NCBI GenBank assembly: GCA_964383365.1
Contig: CAYLHF010000008.1
Location: forward strand, 42,036 to 106,035
DNA length: 64,000 nt
Direction: 5' to 3'
Source of the DNA: an uncultured Rhodothermales bacterium
GTDB lineage: Bacteria; Bacteroidota; Rhodothermia; Rhodothermales; UBA10348
The notes under the pieces were generated by a model. It saw nothing but the letters and a program-made list of their open reading frames with translations, was not told the origin of the DNA and did not search any database. The stretch's first letter is position 1. Each line of letters opens with the position of its first letter. Position numbers and translations under genes: made by a program. This document shows positions 49,323 through 58,053 of the stretch, piece after piece.

Positions 49323-49580
49323 TCAATGTGTTGACCCGCGCATATCGGTGAGAATATCTCTGGCCTCTTCAGGCTGCGGAACGTTCAGCTTGTCTCTCCC
49401 ATCGACGATCATGTCATTCATAAACCGGGCGAACGCAATCCGCTCGTTCTGACTGATTCCGATGGCATCGAATGTTTTCATGATTTTATTGAACGCCCTG
49501 TCGGTGATCTGTCCGTTCACGTATCGAGCAAAAAGCGTCGAAAATGAACTGGCGGCCGGAGCCGGGAAAGTAGCCTGCAT
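49323..49580 (-). CDS. Hypothetical 85-aa protein
   Basis: A GGAGG Shine-Dalgarno sequence lies 10 nt upstream of the ATG on the minus strand. I recognised no family. Confidence 0.45.
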   Translation of the reverse strand: MQATFPAPAASSFSTLFARYVNGQITDRAFNKIMKTFDAIGISQNERIAFARFMNDMIVDGRDKLNVPQPEEARDILTDMRGSTH

Positions 49581-49990
49581 AATTTTTTGACCCTCCAGAC
49601 GGTGACTGTATCACCGCACTGTTGCAACGTGTCTGATTACTCCCGGATCAAATACCGGGCCCTTTTCCTACAGACACATACAAACAGCTTGCCATAACCT
49701 CTCGTGGGAAAAATATTTGACGACGGGGAGTATTGTATTCTGATTCGTCACAGGGTCTAAAACGGGCTCTTACGCGCGATTTAATCGTCGCAAATACAAC
49801 CATAACTCATTGATAATAAATCACTTACGATTACCATGAATGATATCCACGTATTTTCCTGCAAACACGGACGAGTGGTTAGGTGATGGTGACGCCAGAG
49901 AAAAGGCATATTTTTCCCAATCCGTTCCGAGATCTTCCTCTGAACAGGGCTGATTCCTGGCGGATTTAGTGGACAACTGTCCGAAAAATG

Positions 49991-51556
49991 CTACGCAGAC
50001 CGATCGGGAGCAAGGTTGAACCAGGAGGAAACGTCGATGTCAGGACCCGTATCTACGTTTACGCTGCAAGCGGCTGCAGTCTCGCCGCTGTTAAGAGAAT
50101 CGGCCGCGCCGTCTCCGCTCCCTTTCGAGAGACACGAAAACTCATTCGTATGGTGGTTGTACCGATACCCATCACTGAACGCATCGATATTCAAAACCAT
50201 CTCTTCGAGGGAGTCCAAGAGATAGTCAACCTCGTCGTCGGTCATCGTCGGATGTAAAGACAGGCGAACCCATCCCGGCTTTGCCGAGAGATCGCCATGA
50301 TCGATCTGATCGGTTATCGACTGCGAGGACCTCGGATCAACATGAAGTAGATAATGACCATAGGTTCCGGCGCAGGAACACCCTCCCCTGACCTGAATAC
50401 CGTACACGTCATTAAGCACTTTTACGATCAGGTTATAGTGGACATTCTCCACATAAAAAGACAACACCCCGAGTCGATCCTCGATGTGGTCGGCGAGAAT
50501 ATGCAGACCGGGTATCTCGCGCATGCGCGGAAATACGCGCCGGAGTAATTCTTCCTCTCGCTGCATCATGTTGTCGACGCCCATCTCTTCCTTCAGTCGG
50601 ATGGCCATTGCTGCTCTGATGGTCTGAAGGAAGCCAGGAGTCCCACCGTCTTCGCGGTCTTCGAGGTTGGATACGAACCGGTGTTCTCCCCACGGATTCG
50701 TCCAGTCTACCGTCCCGCCTCCAGGATTGTCTGGAACACGATTGGTGTCCAGACTCGCATCGAATACCAGAATGCCGGCAGAACCCGGGCCACCGAGAAA
50801 CTTGTGTGGTGAAAAAAAGATGGCGTCCAAATGGGCTTCCTTTTCCGGAGGATGCATGTCGATGGTCTCATAGGGCGCCGACGCCGCAAAATCCACGAAA
50901 CATACCCCGCCATACCGGTGCATGATCTTCGCATATTCGTGATACGGTGTCCGAACCCCTGTAACATTGGAGCACGACGTGAACGATCCGATGAGTGGCC
51001 GGGAGTCGTATTTTGAGATTTCTGTCTCCAGACTTTCCAGGACGCACCGTCCCGACTGATCAGGCTTCAACCAGACGACATCGGCAATCGTCTCCAGCCA
51101 CGATGTCTGATTGGAATGATGTTCCATGTGGGTAATAAACACCACTGGACGCCTGGCATCATCAATCTGGATATATTTCTGGGCACGCTCTGGAATTCGC
51201 AGACCCAGGATGCGTTGCAGTTTGTTGACCACGCCGGTCATGCCGCTACCCGCTGCGATGATTGCATCGTTTGGACCGGTGTTGACGTGGGCCTTGATGA
51301 TTCGTCTGGCTTCGTGGTACGCTCTCGTCATCGACGTTCCGGTTACGCTCGACTCAGAGTGCGTATTGCCGACGAGCGGTCCGATCTCCCGATACATTCG
51401 TTCTTCTATGGGCCCATACAATCTCCCGCTGGCGATCCAGTCCGCATAGATGATCTGCTTCTCACCACTCGGAGATCGGAACGTGTGGTTCCGACCGACC
51501 GTGTGCTTGCGATACGGCTCGAAATACGCTTCCAGGGAACTCGGGACGGTGCTCAT
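49991..51556 (-). CDS. Class V aminotransferase-fold PLP enzyme (cysteine desulfurase/selenocysteine lyase-like)
   Basis: 'ITHMEHHSN', 'FVDFAASAPY' and the PLP-lysine context 'FFSPHKFLGGPGSAGILVF'. Start overlaps the rpoN stop (TGATG). Confidence 0.75.
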   Translation of the reverse strand: MSTVPSSLEAYFEPYRKHTVGRNHTFRSPSGEKQIIYADWIASGRLYGPIEERMYREIGPLVGNTHSESSVTGTSMTRAYHEARRIIKAHVNTGPNDAIIAAGSGMTGVVNKLQRILGLRIPERAQKYIQIDDARRPVVFITHMEHHSNQTSWLETIADVVWLKPDQSGRCVLESLETEISKYDSRPLIGSFTSCSNVTGVRTPYHEYAKIMHRYGGVCFVDFAASAPYETIDMHPPEKEAHLDAIFFSPHKFLGGPGSAGILVFDASLDTNRVPDNPGGGTVDWTNPWGEHRFVSNLEDREDGGTPGFLQTIRAAMAIRLKEEMGVDNMMQREEELLRRVFPRMREIPGLHILADHIEDRLGVLSFYVENVHYNLIVKVLNDVYGIQVRGGCSCAGTYGHYLLHVDPRSSQSITDQIDHGDLSAKPGWVRLSLHPTMTDDEVDYLLDSLEEMVLNIDAFSDGYRYNHHTNEFSCLSKGSGDGAADSLNSGETAAACSVNVDTGPDIDVSSWFNLAPDRSA

Positions 51557-53034
51557 CAGCCTATGGTTATTTCTTTTCGAAGCCGGGCGACCGGAATACC
51601 GAGCTGCTCCCGATACTTGGTGACAGTACGACGCGCAATCTTGAATCCTTTCTCCGATAAAAGGGTGGCCAGTCGCTGATCCGAGAGGGGCTTCTGTTTG
51701 TCTTCCCCGGAGATGATACCGTCGATAATGGCTTTTACTTCCTTGTTGGAGACATCCTCTCCGTCGGACGTCGAGAGTCCTTCCGAGAAGTAATACTTCA
51801 ACTCATACACGCCAAAATCCGTCTGGACATATTTCCCGTTAACCACGCGACTGATGGTAGAGATATCCATTCGAATCATCTCCGCTATATCCTTGAGGAT
51901 CATTGGTTTGAGATGCCCCTCTCCCCTTCGGAAAAAGTCTTCCTGCCTGTTTACAATCGCCTCCATGACCTTCATCATCGTCTGTCGGCGTTGGTTGATT
52001 GAATTAATGAACCATCGGGCGGATTCGAACTTGGTTTTCAGAAAATGCTGCGTGTCGGAATCATACCCATCCGGTTTGCCTCGCTGTTTGTTCGAAACCA
52101 TCGTCTCGAGCATCTGTCGGTACGAACGCGAGACTCTGAGCTGAGGAGCATTTGCCCCATTGAGACTGATGATGAATTCCCCGTCGTCATTCCGAACGGT
52201 AAAATCCGGAGTGATATAGTTCTGTGCCTCCGAAAAAACGCCCTCACCCGGCTTGGGATCGAGACGCTGGACAAGAGAATAGGCCTCCTGAAGTTCTTCC
52301 CCGTCGACCCGTAGTCGGCGCATGATTGCGTCGTAGTGCTTCATCGTGAATTCCTTGTAGGCTCGCTGAAGCATGGCTATCGCGACCTCACGACCTACTG
52401 TCTCTTCCGGCAACGACTCGAGTTGGACGAGCAGACATTCTTTCAGATCTCTCGATCCAATCCCTATTGGATCCAATCGCTGAATTCGATCGAGTACGCT
52501 CTCGACATCGTCTTCAGAGAGCAAGATCCCCTGATTGAATGCAATATCATCTATGATAGACTCGAGTGGACGGCGCAGGTAACCGTCTTCATCTATAGAT
52601 CCCAAAATCTGCTCAGCGATCAGACCATCCGCTTCCGAGAGTTGAAGAAAAGCAAGCTGCTCCCGAACGCTTTCCAGGATCGACGACTGGGCACGCATCG
52701 GAATCTCCCGCCGGTCCTCATCGTCTCCGGAATCGACCTGTGCCTTATATCCGTACAGGTCATCACTGTTGTCGAGCAGGTCCTCCCACTGAAACTCATC
52801 GTCTATTTTGTCGGGTTCCTCAGCCGTCTCCACGGTGGACTCAGCCGTATCCGTGGACGCATCGGTAATCTCATCGGGCTCTTCTTCACCCTCCTCCAGC
52901 AGCGGATTGACCTCCATCTCCGCTTTGATCCGTTGTTCGAGGGCAAGCGTCGGCAGTTGCAGCAGCTTTATATACTGGATCTGCTGCGGAGACAGCTTTT
53001 GCTGAAGGGACTGACGTTGCGAAAGATTCAGCAT
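51556..53034 (-). CDS. rpoN: RNA polymerase sigma-54 factor
   Basis: 'LSQRQSLQQKLSPQQIQYIKLLQLPTLALEQRIKAEMEVNPLLEE', an acidic region II, and the C-terminal RpoN box 'ARRTVTKYREQLGIP'. Confidence 0.93.
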   Translation of the reverse strand: MLNLSQRQSLQQKLSPQQIQYIKLLQLPTLALEQRIKAEMEVNPLLEEGEEEPDEITDASTDTAESTVETAEEPDKIDDEFQWEDLLDNSDDLYGYKAQVDSGDDEDRREIPMRAQSSILESVREQLAFLQLSEADGLIAEQILGSIDEDGYLRRPLESIIDDIAFNQGILLSEDDVESVLDRIQRLDPIGIGSRDLKECLLVQLESLPEETVGREVAIAMLQRAYKEFTMKHYDAIMRRLRVDGEELQEAYSLVQRLDPKPGEGVFSEAQNYITPDFTVRNDDGEFIISLNGANAPQLRVSRSYRQMLETMVSNKQRGKPDGYDSDTQHFLKTKFESARWFINSINQRRQTMMKVMEAIVNRQEDFFRRGEGHLKPMILKDIAEMIRMDISTISRVVNGKYVQTDFGVYELKYYFSEGLSTSDGEDVSNKEVKAIIDGIISGEDKQKPLSDQRLATLLSEKGFKIARRTVTKYREQLGIPVARLRKEITIG

Positions 53035-53037
53035 GGG

Positions 53038-53625
53038 TCAGCGCGATGTTTCCTGAAAGAGCTCTTCCCGTTCACTGCAGGCTTCCCTGAAGCGTCCGTA
53101 CCATTCCGTTCCGAACTTACGACTCAGCGGCCGTTCCAGATACTCGATTAGAGTCATTCCTTGACGTGTTCCGGATTTTCGTCCGGACGCACAGATGCCA
53201 ATCTGCTCGTAATTTATTGCCTGAAACTCACCAAGGTCTTCCACACGCAGGGGATAGAGGTGACACGAGATCGGTTTGGGAAAGGTCACCTCGCCTCGCT
53301 CGTGAGCCTGTTGAATGGCACATTTTGCCACCGGTCCTTCGTAAACGACAAAAACGCACTCCGCCGATCCGACGCAGGTTGTGGCATACGACCCACCAGA
53401 GGCAAATTCCCAGACACCACGTTCCTCGATTACCTTTCGAGCCTCGGGCCTGAGACGATGTTCGACGACGGGCAGCACTTTTTCTAGTTCCGCGCACTCG
53501 TCGGCCTCGAGCGGTGCACCCGAATCTCCCTGTACACAGCAGGCCCCTAGACAGGCACCCAGATTGCAGGAGAAAGAAGCCCCAATCAGTTCGTCAGAAA
53601 TGAGTATTTTATCTACAGCAAACAT
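53038..53625 (-). CDS. DUF3109 family Cys-rich protein
   Basis: 'FSCNLGACLGACCVQGDSGAPLEADE'. About 195 aa. Its stop lies 3 nt from the rpoN start. Confidence 0.65.
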   Translation of the reverse strand: MFAVDKILISDELIGASFSCNLGACLGACCVQGDSGAPLEADECAELEKVLPVVEHRLRPEARKVIEERGVWEFASGGSYATTCVGSAECVFVVYEGPVAKCAIQQAHERGEVTFPKPISCHLYPLRVEDLGEFQAINYEQIGICASGRKSGTRQGMTLIEYLERPLSRKFGTEWYGRFREACSEREELFQETSR

Positions 53626-53687
53626 GATGCCTTATTCTAGAGTACGCCCGCATGTTTGTCAACTTGCATCTTTATAAATCCGTTTGA

Positions 53688-54740
53688 ATGCCGCCGCGAG
53701 CGGGAACGCCGATGATAGAGCGTGATGCCTCACTGGATCCCACGACACCGCCCGGTGAAGAAGACATTGAACGGGCTCTCCGGCCCCACAGCCTGGACGA
53801 GTTCATAGGGCAGGAAAAAATCAAGGAAAACCTGTCCATCTTCATGACGGCAGCCCGGCACCGTGGGGAATGCCTGGACCACGTTTTGTTGTCGGGACCT
53901 CCGGGCCTCGGAAAAACAACGCTGGCCTACATCATCGCCTCCGAGATGGGTGCCAGCATCAAGACCACATCAGGCCCCGTCCTGGACAAACCCGCAAGCA
54001 TTGCCGGACTCCTGACCAATCTGAACGAGGGTGATGTGCTTTTCATCGACGAAATACATCGCCTTTCGTCGGTCGTAGAAGAGTATCTCTACGCTGCGAT
54101 GGAGGATTATCATATAGATATCCTCATCGACTCCGGACCAAATGCCCGGAGTGTCAAAATTACGCTTCCACCATTCACACTGGTAGGAGCAACGACGCGT
54201 AAGGGCCTGTTGACTGCTCCCCTCCGAGCGCGATTCGGAATCGACTTCAGGTATGATTACTACTCGGCGGCGAAACTGACCCGGATCGTCGAACGATCTG
54301 CACGCATTCTGGGAGTCGATTGCACGTCGGACGGAGCCATCGAAATGGCGCGGAGAAGCCGCGGGACTCCCCGTATAGCCAACCGTTTGCTCAGACGGAC
54401 CCGTGATTTTGCCGAGGTCCAGGGCGATGGCTCGATTTCCCAGGCCATCGCAGACCATGCCCTGAATGCCCTGAACGTGGATCAGGAAGGACTCGACGAG
54501 ATGGACGCCCGAATACTGGTCACCCTGATCGAAAAATTTGGTGGTGGCCCCACGGGCTTATCGAACCTCGCTGTATCCGTAGGCGAAGAAGCGGGAACGA
54601 TCGAAGAAGTCTACGAACCTTATCTGATTCAAGAGGGCTACATCGAGCGAACTCCCCGTGGGCGTATCGCTACCGCGCTCGCATATAAGCATTTTAAACT
54701 CGGCCCACCCCCTGAAACTCCTGACCTGTTTGCCTCATGA
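53688..54740 (+). CDS. ruvB: Holliday junction branch migration helicase RuvB
   Basis: '[13 protein letters not shown]', '[14 protein letters not shown]', 'LFIDEIHRL' and '[13 protein letters not shown]'. Confidence 0.96.
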   Translation: MPPRAGTPMIERDASLDPTTPPGEEDIERALRPHSLDEFIGQEKIKENLSIFMTAARHRGECLDHVLLSGPPGLGKTTLAYIIASEMGASIKTTSGPVLDKPASIAGLLTNLNEGDVLFIDEIHRLSSVVEEYLYAAMEDYHIDILIDSGPNARSVKITLPPFTLVGATTRKGLLTAPLRARFGIDFRYDYYSAAKLTRIVERSARILGVDCTSDGAIEMARRSRGTPRIANRLLRRTRDFAEVQGDGSISQAIADHALNALNVDQEGLDEMDARILVTLIEKFGGGPTGLSNLAVSVGEEAGTIEEVYEPYLIQEGYIERTPRGRIATALAYKHFKLGPPPETPDLFAS

Positions 54741-56284
54741 TTAAAACTACACAGCGCGTAACGCTTCTATTGCTGGTCGCCCTTGTCGCGGCCCTGCCGC
54801 TTCCTGTCCGTGGCCAGGCCGATCTGGCGGCGCTCCGCACACATTTTGAGGACGCGCGTCAGAGCTGGGATATTCCCGGTTTTGCCGTCGCCATCGTAAA
54901 AGACGGAGCGGTCGTATACGAAGAAGGATTCGGAGTTCTCAAGGCCGGGAAGCCGGAGAAAGTAGACGAGAACTCGCTGTTTGCCATCGCATCCAACACC
55001 AAGGCCTTCATTTCCGCCTCCCTTGCATCGCTCGTGGATGAAGGGAAAATATCCTGGGATGACCCTGTCCGGAAATACCTCCCCTACTTTACGCTCTATG
55101 ACTCCTATGTGAGCGACCACGCCCGAATTCGAGACCTGTTGAGTCATCGACTGGGACTGGGCACGTTCAGTGGAGATGTCGTCTGGTACAAGAGTACCTA
55201 CACGGCGGAAGAAGTGGTCCGTCGAGCACGCTTTCTCGAACCCGCATACGAATTCAGAGCCGGGTATGGATATTCCAACGTTATGTTTGTCGCAGCCGGA
55301 GAAGTGATCCGAAAAGTAACTGGTATGCCGTGGAGCGATTACGTGAAGGAGCGATTTTTCGCACCCCTCCACATGAATAGAACACAGACCACCACAGAGA
55401 CGCTTCCCTCGCTCCCAAACGTCGCATCGCCACACAAGCGGATAGATGGAGAAAACACACCCATTCGCTGGGTCAACTGGGACAACATGGGCGCTGCCGG
55501 TGGGATCATTTCCAGCGTCCATGACATGGCCCGGTGGCTCAAGCTACAACTGAACCGTGGAATCAGCGGATCCGACACCCTTTTCACGCCCCGATCACAG
55601 TCGGTGATGTGGCAACCCCATAATTCATTTCGCGTCTCCGAGTCGACTCGCGATTTCTACCCCGGTCGTAATTTTTCGGGGTATGGACTTGGCTGGGGAA
55701 CGGCTGAATACAGGGGGCTTTTTCTCGCAACGCATTCGGGAGGATACGATGGAATGTACAGCCGGGTGGGCCTCGTCCCGGAGAAGGGTCTGGGTATCGT
55801 CGTGCTCACCAACGGTATGCAGAGTATTGGCACGTGGTTGATGTACGACATCATCGATGCGTATCTCGGTACCCCCACCCGTGACTGGAGCGCCGAAGGA
55901 CAGCGACGCGATGTCCAGGGTCGGGCCAATTTTCAGAAACGGATCGATGAGGAAAAGGCATTACGCCGCGCGGGTACATCCCCACGGTTCACTGCAGAAG
56001 ATTATGTAGGGACGTATAGCGACGAATTCTACGGAGATATCCAGATTTCCTCGTCCGGTGGTGATCTTCGCATCGAATTCCCGAAGGCACCTCATCTGAG
56101 TGCCACGCTGAGACAGTGGCAATATGATACCTATGAACTACTCTGGGATGAAGTCCATGCCTGGTTCTCATTCGGGACGGTCCAGTTTACAATCGACAAT
56201 CTGGGACGCGTCGATGGCCTCCGATTTGACGTCCCGAACAACGACATCTTCTTTGAAGAAATACACCCGATAAAAGTACGCTGA
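54737..56284 (+). CDS. Beta-lactamase class C-related serine hydrolase with C-terminal DUF3471-like domain
   Basis: Signal peptide, '[10 protein letters not shown]' (SxxK), 'GYGYSNVMF' (YxN), 'THSGGYDG', and the C-terminal '[26 protein letters not shown]'. Confidence 0.8.
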   Translation: MIKTTQRVTLLLLVALVAALPLPVRGQADLAALRTHFEDARQSWDIPGFAVAIVKDGAVVYEEGFGVLKAGKPEKVDENSLFAIASNTKAFISASLASLVDEGKISWDDPVRKYLPYFTLYDSYVSDHARIRDLLSHRLGLGTFSGDVVWYKSTYTAEEVVRRARFLEPAYEFRAGYGYSNVMFVAAGEVIRKVTGMPWSDYVKERFFAPLHMNRTQTTTETLPSLPNVASPHKRIDGENTPIRWVNWDNMGAAGGIISSVHDMARWLKLQLNRGISGSDTLFTPRSQSVMWQPHNSFRVSESTRDFYPGRNFSGYGLGWGTAEYRGLFLATHSGGYDGMYSRVGLVPEKGLGIVVLTNGMQSIGTWLMYDIIDAYLGTPTRDWSAEGQRRDVQGRANFQKRIDEEKALRRAGTSPRFTAEDYVGTYSDEFYGDIQISSSGGDLRIEFPKAPHLSATLRQWQYDTYELLWDEVHAWFSFGTVQFTIDNLGRVDGLRFDVPNNDIFFEEIHPIKVR

Positions 56285-56292
56285 CAGGCACA

Positions 56293-56323
56293 GAAGGGCG
56301 GTACCCCTCTACACCCGCCCTTC
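56293..56323 (+). terminator. Terminator-like hairpin
   Basis: 9-bp stem 'GAAGGGCGG'/'CCGCCCTTC' starting 9 nt after the stop at 56284. No long T-tract. Confidence 0.45.
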
Positions 56324-56361
56324 CGATCGCTCGTCCTGACCGCAACCGGGAGCCCCACACC

Positions 56362-56388
56362 GGAACGAGATATCCGCATAATGTGCCA
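56362..56388 (+). promoter_or_regulatory. Candidate ECF-type promoter upstream of the sigma gene
   Basis: 'GGAAC'-N16-'GTGCC' about 100 nt upstream of ATG 56470. The match to the generic ECF -35 GGAAC / -10 GTC-like pattern is weak. Confidence 0.2.
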
Positions 56389-56469
56389 AAATGGCAGTCA
56401 CTGGCGATGGTTTTCGCTTTACAAGACCCACTCTGGACGGTATACTGATCCGCGGAACGTGCCGACAGA

Positions 56470-57264
56470 ATGGGGAGAATCAGGCTGAATCGACCGGAAG
56501 AAATATCTGTACTGACGCGGTTGCTCGATACACCGGTTGATCGACATGGATCATGGGTTACGTTCCTTCAGCAGTACTCACGACTGTTGATTAAAATCAT
56601 CAGGCAGTTCGAGAAGGACCATGACGCGATCATGGAGAAGTATGTGTTCGTCTGCTCGCGTTTGGTCGATGATGATTTTTCGCTACTGCGCAAATTCAAG
56701 CCCGGACCGGCTCGCTTTACCACCTGGCTCGTCGTAGTGGTCCGAAATCTGTGCATTGAGGAGCATCGAAATACGGTTGGAAGATTTCGGTACCCGGCGT
56801 TACTTAAAGGGGCTTCAGAAATGGAACGTAAGGTGTACGCCCTCCGCTTCTGGAAAGGTTATTCCAACCATGAAATCGTTGAAATGCTGACAGCAGACGG
56901 AGTGGCATCGCTCGCGTCGGTACAGGCCGCTCTCGACCGCCTCGAAACCATGGACCTCCGACCGTCCAAGACGTGGGAGAGGCATCGTCTGCAGCATGTA
57001 CATCTAAAGGACGAGTTTTATTCGACAGATCGGGATGAAACGCTGGTAGCATTCGAGAATCTGGATGAAATTGAACACCTGATCTCCAGTCTGTCCGACG
57101 AAGAACGAACCGTCGTGCGATTACGGTACTGGGGAGAGCTCACGGCGCGGGACATATCGACCGTGACCGCTCTTCCGCAGCGTCGTGTCTACTCGGTTCT
57201 GACGTCGGCAATTAATCAACTGAAAAACCGGCACCGGATAGAAGCGCGTAAAACGGCCTCGTGA
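56470..57264 (+). CDS. Sigma-70 family (ECF-like) sigma factor with two tandem region-4-like HTH segments
   Basis: Region 2: 'FTTWLVVVVRNLCIEEHR'. First sigma-4-like segment: 'SEMERKVYALRFWKGYSNHEIVEMLT...SVQAALDRL'. Second: 'LSDEERTVVRLRYWGELTARDISTVTALPQRRVYSVLTSAINQLK'. Confidence 0.7.
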   Translation: MGRIRLNRPEEISVLTRLLDTPVDRHGSWVTFLQQYSRLLIKIIRQFEKDHDAIMEKYVFVCSRLVDDDFSLLRKFKPGPARFTTWLVVVVRNLCIEEHRNTVGRFRYPALLKGASEMERKVYALRFWKGYSNHEIVEMLTADGVASLASVQAALDRLETMDLRPSKTWERHRLQHVHLKDEFYSTDRDETLVAFENLDEIEHLISSLSDEERTVVRLRYWGELTARDISTVTALPQRRVYSVLTSAINQLKNRHRIEARKTAS

Positions 57265-57285
57265 TGACCATGTCCTATCCATAAG

Positions 57286-58053
57286 ATGCAGTCCCTCTCT
57301 TCATATCACCATCCTGTTGATCCTCAGACGTCCGAGTCTGACTCAATCAGATCTTGCCCAGGCGAATCCCGCCCGGCCGGGCGTCACCTCTCTGAGACAG
57401 ACATCGCCCGCTATGTTGACAATACGGTCGACTCACTGGATCGAACCGTGATTCACGCGCACCTGGCAGGCTGTTCAGTGTGTGCCCGAACTATCGGTGA
57501 TGTGATCCGGTCGACCCGCGATCTCAGGATGATTACAGAGAACAGGGCACCCTCCGAAGGTCGAACGGAGATGGTTTCCCCGGATTCGGAGATACGAAAG
57601 AAAGTCGAGTCCCTGGTTTTGAAACCCGAACACGCTTTCGACCGGACGACCAGACGGCGACGAATGATCCGGGCGTTGAGAATCGGTATTCCGGTAGCTG
57701 CTGTAGCATTCTTCTGGATTTTTCGACTTACGGGCTCCGATCCTGTCTCCCGCTTCAGATCCTCCGACACCCCTCGTTCGATTCATCTCACCCTGCCACG
57801 CGACGGCTCCATACTGGGAGATAAAGACTGGCGATTCGAAGTCGAAGAAATCGAAGATGCCCTGGCCTACCGATTCACAATTTCGACCCTGTCGGGTGAT
57901 CTCACGTACCGCGACGAACGTGCCGCTCCGGCCGTGACCGTCCCGGACTCAATCCCCCGTACACCGGGTCGGTATGCATGGACGGTCGACGTAGTGCTAA
58001 AGGACGGTCGCGTGCTGAAATCCGACATGGGCACATTTGTTGCCAATCGATGA
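57286..58053 (+). CDS. Membrane anti-sigma factor (zf-HC2 type)
   Basis: 'IHAHLAGCSVCARTIGD' (H-x3-C-x2-C), TM helix 'IGIPVAAVAFFWIF', and a ~100-aa extracytoplasmic domain. Starts 21 nt after the sigma gene. Confidence 0.7.
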   Translation: MQSLSSYHHPVDPQTSESDSIRSCPGESRPAGRHLSETDIARYVDNTVDSLDRTVIHAHLAGCSVCARTIGDVIRSTRDLRMITENRAPSEGRTEMVSPDSEIRKKVESLVLKPEHAFDRTTRRRRMIRALRIGIPVAAVAFFWIFRLTGSDPVSRFRSSDTPRSIHLTLPRDGSILGDKDWRFEVEEIEDALAYRFTISTLSGDLTYRDERAAPAVTVPDSIPRTPGRYAWTVDVVLKDGRVLKSDMGTFVANR

